Assembly (NCBI GenBank): GCA_051251855.1
Contig: JBPOGI010000001.1
Location: 256,001-320,000 of the forward strand
Direction of reading: 5' to 3'
DNA: 64,000 nt
From: Roseibacillus sp.
GTDB lineage: Bacteria > Verrucomicrobiota > Verrucomicrobiia > Verrucomicrobiales > Akkermansiaceae
A program made the position numbers and the translations under genes. The notes below the pieces were generated by a model. It saw nothing but the letters and a program-made list of their open reading frames with translations, was not told the DNA's origin and searched no databases. Of this stretch, positions 57,022 through 64,000 are shown one piece after another (within the stretch, counting starts at the first letter, position 1; every line of letters begins with the position of its first letter).

Positions 57022-58281
57022 CTACTCAGACCCAGGAGCGAAGGTGATTTTGACACCTTTGGATTTCCAGCCTTTGGAAATATCTTCGGCCATCTCGGCG
57101 TAGGTACGACCTTGCTTGAGAGCTTCGAGGGCCTCTTCCCCTTTCTTTCCCTCGCGGAGAGCTTTGAGGAAGGCGGTGATCGCAACGCGGTCGCCGTTGC
57201 CCTCCATCTCGAAGAAGTAGGTGGTGATGAGAAGGCCAAGGCCATAGTTGAAGTTGGAGTTTCCAGTAAAAGAGGAATAGGACTGCAACATATAGGTCTT
57301 GAGGTCGGGGGCGTTGATATCGTCACCCAGGGCGCGTCCTCCGTTCCCTTCGCGACCATATTCGGTGGCGTAATCCTTAGCGGCTCGCTCGGTCTTGGAA
57401 ACCATGAAGATGCCGGAGCGGTAAGGGGTAACCGCGACGTATTCTGCCAAGCCTTCTGAGAACCAGCCTCGGGCTCCAGGGGCGTAGTAGCAGGAGTCGG
57501 TGAGTTGGTGGGCGAGTTCGTGGGGAAGGGTCTTATTGCTCTCGCCATAATCAACGGTGTAGGAGGAACCCAATTTTTTCACTCCGAGTGAAGTGAGAGG
57601 AACCATCACGACGTTACCGCGAGCACCGCCACTCATGAATACTCCCGCCGACCCGGGAGGTCCTCCGTTTCGGAAATAGGTTTCTTTCGATTCAAAGAGA
57701 AGGATACGGTGGCGAAATTCGTCGCCGGTGAGGTGTGCTTTCTTGGTCGAGATCGGAAGCACGCGGCAGAGTTCGCGGGTGCCTTCGAACATGACAGCGA
57801 ATTTTTCCACCAAATGAGATTTGAGGGCGACATCGCAGATGAACTCGTAGTGGTCACTGTGATAAACATATCTCCGTTTTTCTTCGTCTTCTTCGGCCAA
57901 GACAACGGTGATGTCTTCTGGTGACTTGACGGTTTTGGGCCACTCATCGTCGAAGTTGTCGGGAATATCGTCCCCTTCGTTCTTTTTGTTTTTCGAGCGG
58001 CTAGGCTTTTTGGCATTAGTTTCGCTGAGAGTGGGATCGGGCTTGCCGCCGTTTTCGCGGAAGGCGTTGATGAATTCTTGGTCTTCTTCGTTGAGAGTGT
58101 TGAGTTTGACTGAACGGGAGTTCTTCTGACCTGTGAAATGAATGATGGCTTCAGTCTCGGTGGCGGAAATGAGTTCGCCCTCCGCGGTCTGGTCTTTGGT
58201 GTTGGTCCAAAGCCGGGGTTCGGCTGCCAGTTGGGCGAGGACAGTGAAAGACAGAATGGAGATTAGGGTTTTCCGGCTCAT
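57022..58281 (-). CDS. Secreted protein with SHD1-like N-terminal domain and gluzincin-type metallopeptidase domain
   Basis: RLWTNTKDQT...LNEEDQEFI; HELAHQL followed by WFSEGLAEY. Confidence 0.75.
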   Translation of the reverse strand: MSRKTLISILSFTVLAQLAAEPRLWTNTKDQTAEGELISATETEAIIHFTGQKNSRSVKLNTLNEEDQEFINAFRENGGKPDPTLSETNAKKPSRSKNKKNEGDDIPDNFDDEWPKTVKSPEDITVVLAEEDEEKRRYVYHSDHYEFICDVALKSHLVEKFAVMFEGTRELCRVLPISTKKAHLTGDEFRHRILLFESKETYFRNGGPPGSAGVFMSGGARGNVVMVPLTSLGVKKLGSSYTVDYGESNKTLPHELAHQLTDSCYYAPGARGWFSEGLAEYVAVTPYRSGIFMVSKTERAAKDYATEYGREGNGGRALGDDINAPDLKTYMLQSYSSFTGNSNFNYGLGLLITTYFFEMEGNGDRVAITAFLKALREGKKGEEALEALKQGRTYAEMAEDISKGWKSKGVKITFAPGSE

Positions 58282-58403
58282 GGCGATATCTACCTTGTTA
58301 ACAAGGGACGTTTTTCTTGCCAGCACGAAAAAAGGAACCTTTTTGGCATTTTCTTCCAAGGAAAGTTCCCGAGGGGTGTCGTTAGCTATGAAAGGATGAT
58401 TAT

Positions 58404-58973
58404 ATGTCGAATTCGCCCTCCCAAAAAGTGATGCTCATTTCCGGTCATCCCGAGGGCGCCCCTTTGCCTGAGAAGCCTGCTATGCGGGAGGTTTTCGAGC
58501 AGGAAGAGGAAGGGCTGCTTCGGTTTGCCTTTGGTCTCTTGGGACGACGGGAAGTGGCTGAGGAAATTGTGCAGGAAGGGTTCTTGGCGCTGTTTGAGAA
58601 TTATGAAGAAGTTCAGAATCCGCGCGCGTGGCTCTATCGAGCGATTCGGAACAAGGCTTTTAACGAGATTCGAAAAAGGAAAAGGGAGGTGATTGATGAG
58701 CGGGCGGCCGAAGGGAAAGATGATGAAAGGGAAGCTCCGGACGAGGTGTTGGGACGAATGGAGGCGGCGGGGCAACTGCAGCTCTTGATGGCGGAACTGG
58801 CTCCGCGTGATGGCGAGTTGGTGCGGATGAAGTATTTCGAGGGTCTAGATTACAAGGAAATCGCGGCTCGTAGTAAGATGACGGTGGGGAATGTGGGCTA
58901 TCGCTTGCACCACGTTTTGAAGGGCCTGGCGGATGGCCTGCGCCGGGTCGGTGTGGAAGGGAGGCTGGGATGA
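58404..58973 (+). CDS. ECF sigma-70 factor
   Basis: AEEIVQEGF, RAWLYRAIRNKAFN, KYFEGLDYKEIA...GNVGYRLH. Confidence 0.93.
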   Translation: MSNSPSQKVMLISGHPEGAPLPEKPAMREVFEQEEEGLLRFAFGLLGRREVAEEIVQEGFLALFENYEEVQNPRAWLYRAIRNKAFNEIRKRKREVIDERAAEGKDDEREAPDEVLGRMEAAGQLQLLMAELAPRDGELVRMKYFEGLDYKEIAARSKMTVGNVGYRLHHVLKGLADGLRRVGVEGRLG

Positions 58974-59036
58974 GAGCTTTTGAAAAACGAAAAACGAAAG
59001 ACTTAAAAACTAAAAGGGAGTCGGTTCGAAGGGGAC

Positions 59037-59116
59037 GTAGCGGAGTTGGTGACAACTCGGGCAGGGTTGACTCACTTAAACGCCCTTTCCGCCTGAATTG
59101 TGACCAATCCAGCTAC
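59037..59116. repeat. Inverted pair of GTAG-type REP sequences (REPIN-like doublet)
   Basis: GTAGCGGAGTTGGTGACAACTCGGGC (59037-59062) and minus-strand GTAGCTGGATTGGTCACAATTCAGGC (59091-59116); each is GTAG plus a hairpin. Confidence 0.75.
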
Positions 59117-59147
59117 TTAGAACCTTTGACCCCAGCTCTAAACGACC

Positions 59148-62100
59148 ATGAATGATGATTTCGAAATAGTAGGTGACGCCGCTCGTGAAGCGCGGGTGGT
59201 GGCCGTTGTGCTGGGCGAGGCTTCGGACTTCGAGCGCGAGGAGGTGGAACGACTTTGTGAAGAGAATCCCGAGTTGCAAGTTTTTCGGAGGAGAATGGAG
59301 GCCGTGCATGGGTTGATTGGCGAATCCAGAGTCCAGAATCCAGAATCCAGACCCAACACTTGGAAGTTGTCGAAGGAGCGGAGGGAAGAGGTTTTGGCAA
59401 AGTTGGGGGAGAAGGAGATCGTGGTCGCAGGGCCAAAACGGTCGGTGCGTTTTCTGGGGCTCAACCCCTGGCAACATGCCGCTCTGATCGCGGTGGCTTG
59501 TGTGGTGATTGGATTGTTGGTTCCCACTCGCATGAAATCGCTGCAAGGCGATACCAGTTTCGCTATGGCTGAAGAGGCCGCACCCGAAGGAATGAGCAAG
59601 GCTTCGGTCGCTCCGGCGAGCCCGTCCGTCGCTCGCTATGAAGACGGACTCAGTGCTCTCAAAAAAGAGCAGGCTGTCAGGCCGAACTCTCTGAGGTCTG
59701 ATTTTTCAAGTGATGACCTCGCTGTGTTGTCGAGTTCTTCTTCAATTCCCAGTCTACCTGAGCCATCTGCGGAAAAGGTGATCGCTAGCGGCACTGATTC
59801 TCCGATGGAGGTTGTTGAGCTGGAGGAGAGCATTCCTGTCGCGGCTGCTCAATTCGGCGAGGGTGATGATTATGGGGCACGTTGGGGCTACAAAGAGGGC
59901 GAGGATGAGCCGGGAGCGATCGCTTCGGTCGAATCGAAAGGGTTGAACTTTGACCCGGATCTTCTGCCGCCGTTGGATGCGAAGCCGCAGTTGAGAAATG
60001 CTTCGGTGAATACTAGGGCTGGTAGTGATGAGTCTTTGGCTGGTGGGGTGGCTGGGGGAGGTGCCGATCCGTTTGCTTCGGAGACGGGATTGGGTGGGGG
60101 AGGCTTGCGGATGAGGTCGGATGCGTCGAAAGAAGAAAGTTTGGCTGGGGCCAGAGTGGTCGGGCGGTCGGAAGGTGGGCCTCTCTTAGAACAGCGCTTC
60201 AGAGTTCCTTCTTCTTTTCTATCTGATATCTCTGGAGATGGTTTTTCCGGTGATGTCGACGCCTTTGCCTCCTCAGAGGAAATGAGTAGTCCTTCGGAAG
60301 AAAAGACGGTGAAAGAGCTGCTGTCTGATTCTGGAGTCGATTTTCCTGAAGGAACTAGGGCTACCTTTGACGCTTCGAGTGGCGAGTTGATTGTCCGTAA
60401 CACCGCCAACAATATCGATCTAGTGGACCAGATTTCCGAGTCTTTAGGTGCGGCTCCAAAGCCAGTTGAGGAGCTTGGCGAGGTCAGTGATCGATTGAGT
60501 GTCGATACTGGCTTTGCATTTTCGCAAGCGACTGAGCCAAGCGAGAGGGGTAGGTGGGATTCTCGGGTGCCGAAGCTCAGTCGTCCTCCCGAATCTTTCG
60601 CTTTGTTTGCGAACGAAGTGGAGAATGGTCCTTCTTCTTCGAGGTCAGAAGAGAGTCAAGCTTATGGAAGAGGACTGAGGTCTGGTGATGATTCTGTTTT
60701 GTTAGGTAGATTGGTTGGTGAATCGGATGCTGAGCCCTTGGTGTCAAATTCATCAGGTCCGAGATTACTTGCGCAGGAGAGAGTGTGCCGGGAGGCATCT
60801 GAGGAGAAGGCCACAGAGTGGTTGCTGAAGGGGCGAGAAGCTTACGCTGACAAGGATTATGATGAAGCGGCCCGCTTTTATCGGGATTCGCTGAATTCAT
60901 TGCCTTTTGGAGCCCAGACCGAATCGAAGCGAGATGAAATTCAGGCTCACTTGGCCGATGGTGAGGTGGCTCTCTCAGAGCAGTATCAGCGGACTGGGAG
61001 GTATGATGAGGCCAAGGATTTATTGGGTGATGTCTTGTTGGTCCAACCCGAGCTGGCTCAGGCGAACGAGGCATTGGAGTATTTCGATGAGCCAATTCGA
61101 ACCAATCCTCGGGTGACACTCGAAGAGCAGATAGTCGCGAAAGAGCAGTCTCTCGCTGCCACTCGATTTGCTGGTCGGGAGCAAGACGAGTTGGTCGAGC
61201 TTGCGACGGAGATGCACGATTATAAGGAGGCCAATCGTGAGTATGAGAATTCCCTCGCGCTTCTCCAAGAGTTGAAGTTGGTGCAATCTTCAGAGCGGGT
61301 GGGGCTGCGGACTCCTGAGCCAGTGGTGATTCAGGAGCAGCCGAAGGTTTCCAAGAAGAGAGGCGGCTTTTTAGGTTTAGGAGACTATGAAAGCAAAGCC
61401 GCCGTTGAGGTTCGTCCTGGCCTAAGTCTTGGCAGTGAGCTTAGGGTCCCCGAGTCGAAGCAGTATTTCGATACTCAAAAGCAGGTCGCGACCGCCACAA
61501 AAACATTGAGCTTGGCCGTCGAGGAGGAGGGGCTTGATAAGAAGTGGGGTGTCTCGAAAGAAGAGGCAGTCAAGAGACTGAAGTCGAATGTGAAAGTGAC
61601 TCAGCGACGTGGGACGGATATTTTGGAAATCAAGGGGTCGAACAAAGATCCTAAAGTGGCAAAGGAAATCGCGGCCGCTGTAACCTCAGCGTATCAGAAA
61701 CGCCGAAACGAAGAGGAGGTTAGGCGAGCGGAGTCTCAGTTGGACGCCCTCAATGCTGAGATTGAAAACCAAAAGGACAAAGTAGAAGCCAAGCGTAAGG
61801 TGCTCGATACTATCGTTAGAATCACGGGGAGACCTTACTTTGAAGGGCGTGCGAAGGGCTCTCCAGGCAATCAGACACAGTTGAAGATGATTGCAGAGCG
61901 CAACGAGTCCGACATGAAGAAGAATCGCGACCAGTATCGGATCTATCTTGATAAGTTGGAGACTCTCGAGTCGGATCAGCTCCTTCGTTATGCGGCTGAG
62001 ATTCCAGTTGATAATAATTCGGTTCGGTCACTGCATTCCGAGTTGCTCTCTACTCGAAAGGAACTCAATAAGTTGAAGGCTAAGGGACTGGGTGAGAATC

Positions 62101-64000
62101 ACCCTTCGATGAGAGTCCAGAAGGAGAGGATTGAAGGTTTGCAGAAGGACACGGATTCTGCGGTTGCCAGCTTGAGAGAGTCTCTCATGACGAATTTTGA
62201 AATGGTTTCGGAACAGCTGTTAGTGATGGAGGCTACCGCTCAGCCCAAGCTCACACCGGAGGAGAGAGAAGAGAAAATCCGAAAAGAACAATCTGAGTTG
62301 GCGGAGCTGAAGAAGAAATTGTGGGCGGAGAAAAGATTGGAGGCCCAATCGAGCGACCCCGATTTATTCGCGGACTTGCAAAGCTCACGCAGGCAAGGGT
62401 TGCTCACCAATAAGCTGCAAAATATCATTATTCCTCGAGTTGATTTTGAGAACACGCCTCTCGATGAGGCGTTGGAGTATTTGACTCAAAAAACTCTCGA
62501 GCTCGATCCCGATCCGGATCCAGAGAGGAAAGGAGTGAATTTTGTCCTTGAGAAAGGCTTCGTTGACTCTGGTTTTGCTGAAGTAGATGAGGAACTCGGG
62601 GGCGGTGGTCTTCTTCTTGGGAATGATCAGAGCGAAAAGTCGATTGATGTTCTACAGCTCACTGATGTTCCTTTAGCGACGGCCTTGGAGTATATCGCTT
62701 CCAAGACGGGACTTCGTTATCGGGTTGATGATGATAAGGTGACTCTCTTGGCGATTGGGTCTGAGGGCTCAGCAGACTTGGTGACTCGGACGTGGAGTAT
62801 TTCGCCGGAGGCTTACGCTCAGTTGATGGAGCCACCGGAAGCCAACGTGTTTGTCGCTGAACTGGAAGAAGTGGCTTCGGAGCAAGAAGCGCTGGAGAAT
62901 TGTGGAGTGGGTTTTCCGGATGGGGCTTCGGTGAGATACATCGCTAGTAGTGGCTCGCTCTTTGTGAGGAGCACGGTTTCGAATCTCGACTTGGTAGATC
63001 AGGTTGTTGAGGTTTTGAACTATGAGGCCAAGGTCGCTCAGGAAACTTTGGCGATGGATGAGAAGGATGCGGCGACGGAGGGGGATTCGACGTTCTCGCT
63101 ACATGTGAGTGATGTGAGCTTTAAGTTGGCGAAGGCGGCACTGGAGCAGGGGAAGTGGCCAGAGACGGTGCGGGTGGAGGAGTTTGTAAATGCCTTTTCT
63201 TATGGGGAACGAGCGCTGGCACCTAACGAGCGGGTAGGAGTGGCGATGGAGCAGGCGGCGCATCCGTTTTTGTCGCAGCGCAATTTGTTGAGGGTGTCTT
63301 TGCAGACCGCGGCCACGGGCCGAGGGGCGGGAGTGCCGTTGCGCTTGACGGTGGTGCTTGATAAGTCGGGTTCGATGGAGCGGCTCGATCGGGCGGCGGC
63401 GGTGGATGAGGCCTTTCGGGTGTTGGTGAATCAGTTGAATCCTGGGGATAAAGTGACTTTGGTGGGATTCTCACGCACGCCGACTTTGTTGGCGGACCAT
63501 GTCGATGGTTCAGAGGGCGAGCGGTTGTTGAAGATTCTGCGTGAGACGCCCAGTGAGGGGGGGACGAATGTGGAGGAGGCGCTGAAGTTGGCGCGGGCGA
63601 AGGCTTTGGAGCACTTTGAGGAAGGGGCACAGAATCGAGTGATTTTGTTGACGGATGGAATTGCGAATCTTGGTGAATCTGTTCCGGAGCAGTTGATGAC
63701 GCTGGTGGAGGGAATGCGTGAGGAGGATGTGGCCTTTGATGCGTGTGGAGTAGGGGTGGAGGGCTTGAACGATGATATCTTGGAAGCGCTGACGCGGAAG
63801 GGTGATGGACGTTACTACCTTCTTGGGAGCACGGAGGAGAGTGGAGCCGATTTTGCGAAGCAGGTGGCGGGGGCGTTGCGTCCAGCGGCCCAGAATGTCA
63901 AGGTGCAGATTGAGTGGAACCCGGAACGGGTGGGTAAGTGGCGTCTCTATGGCTACGAGAAGCATGAGCTGAAGAAAGAGGACTTTCGCAATGATTCTGT
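59148..64000 (+). CDS. Giant putative anti-sigma factor (>1600 aa, 3' partial) with TM helix, secretin-like periplasmic domains, TPR, Wzc/GumC-like domain and YfbK-type VWA module
   Basis: Hand translation is open from ATG 59148 to the window end; VLGEASDFEREEVERL N-terminus; TM; GVDFPEG...LIVRNT; KLQNIIIPRVDF; GLGENHP; STFSLHVSDVSF, VLDKSGSM, VILLTDG, RLYGYE. Confidence 0.88.
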   Translation, partial: MNDDFEIVGDAAREARVVAVVLGEASDFEREEVERLCEENPELQVFRRRMEAVHGLIGESRVQNPESRPNTWKLSKERREEVLAKLGEKEIVVAGPKRSVRFLGLNPWQHAALIAVACVVIGLLVPTRMKSLQGDTSFAMAEEAAPEGMSKASVAPASPSVARYEDGLSALKKEQAVRPNSLRSDFSSDDLAVLSSSSSIPSLPEPSAEKVIASGTDSPMEVVELEESIPVAAAQFGEGDDYGARWGYKEGEDEPGAIASVESKGLNFDPDLLPPLDAKPQLRNASVNTRAGSDESLAGGVAGGGADPFASETGLGGGGLRMRSDASKEESLAGARVVGRSEGGPLLEQRFRVPSSFLSDISGDGFSGDVDAFASSEEMSSPSEEKTVKELLSDSGVDFPEGTRATFDASSGELIVRNTANNIDLVDQISESLGAAPKPVEELGEVSDRLSVDTGFAFSQATEPSERGRWDSRVPKLSRPPESFALFANEVENGPSSSRSEESQAYGRGLRSGDDSVLLGRLVGESDAEPLVSNSSGPRLLAQERVCREASEEKATEWLLKGREAYADKDYDEAARFYRDSLNSLPFGAQTESKRDEIQAHLADGEVALSEQYQRTGRYDEAKDLLGDVLLVQPELAQANEALEYFDEPIRTNPRVTLEEQIVAKEQSLAATRFAGREQDELVELATEMHDYKEANREYENSLALLQELKLVQSSERVGLRTPEPVVIQEQPKVSKKRGGFLGLGDYESKAAVEVRPGLSLGSELRVPESKQYFDTQKQVATATKTLSLAVEEEGLDKKWGVSKEEAVKRLKSNVKVTQRRGTDILEIKGSNKDPKVAKEIAAAVTSAYQKRRNEEEVRRAESQLDALNAEIENQKDKVEAKRKVLDTIVRITGRPYFEGRAKGSPGNQTQLKMIAERNESDMKKNRDQYRIYLDKLETLESDQLLRYAAEIPVDNNSVRSLHSELLSTRKELNKLKAKGLGENHPSMRVQKERIEGLQKDTDSAVASLRESLMTNFEMVSEQLLVMEATAQPKLTPEEREEKIRKEQSELAELKKKLWAEKRLEAQSSDPDLFADLQSSRRQGLLTNKLQNIIIPRVDFENTPLDEALEYLTQKTLELDPDPDPERKGVNFVLEKGFVDSGFAEVDEELGGGGLLLGNDQSEKSIDVLQLTDVPLATALEYIASKTGLRYRVDDDKVTLLAIGSEGSADLVTRTWSISPEAYAQLMEPPEANVFVAELEEVASEQEALENCGVGFPDGASVRYIASSGSLFVRSTVSNLDLVDQVVEVLNYEAKVAQETLAMDEKDAATEGDSTFSLHVSDVSFKLAKAALEQGKWPETVRVEEFVNAFSYGERALAPNERVGVAMEQAAHPFLSQRNLLRVSLQTAATGRGAGVPLRLTVVLDKSGSMERLDRAAAVDEAFRVLVNQLNPGDKVTLVGFSRTPTLLADHVDGSEGERLLKILRETPSEGGTNVEEALKLARAKALEHFEEGAQNRVILLTDGIANLGESVPEQLMTLVEGMREEDVAFDACGVGVEGLNDDILEALTRKGDGRYYLLGSTEESGADFAKQVAGALRPAAQNVKVQIEWNPERVGKWRLYGYEKHELKKEDFRNDS
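59322..59351 (+). repeat. Heptamer tandem repeat (GAATCCA) x4 inside the anti-sigma CDS
   Basis: GAATCCA GAGTCCA GAATCCA GAATCCA GA. Confidence 0.8.

Overview
A 64 kb stretch of a bacterial chromosome. PEP-CTERM proteins, secretin-like domains of the Amuc_1098 type, SHD1-like N-termini and the style of the large secreted proteins point to Verrucomicrobiota (inference; a Roseibacillus/Rubritaleaceae-like organism is plausible). Core genes are rpmF, yceD, aat, type-B L36, rpoN, nadA, metG, infA and gatCA. They are interleaved with a MoxR/DUF58 operon, a 12 kb surface-protein plus two-component locus, a BrnT/BrnA toxin-antitoxin pair, a 2494 aa repeat adhesin and two ECF sigma/anti-sigma systems. 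Four genes absent from the ORF track were found by hand: rpmF, L36, infA and a >1600 aa ORF that runs off the right end. Main observations: (1) that giant ORF is a putative anti-sigma factor whose periplasmic part joins secretin-like domains, a circularly permuted Wzc/GumC-like domain and a YfbK-type VWA module; (2) infA has no ATG/GTG/TTG start ahead of its conserved core, so it appears to start at ATC/ATT, and it carries an RGG-rich extension; (3) a DnaA-box cluster lies next to nadA with no visible GC-skew switch; (4) three co-located secreted proteins share two domains I cannot name; (5) there are two MITE-like elements and a REP doublet. No rRNA, tRNA or CRISPR array was seen. All family assignments come from motif recognition by eye, not database searches.
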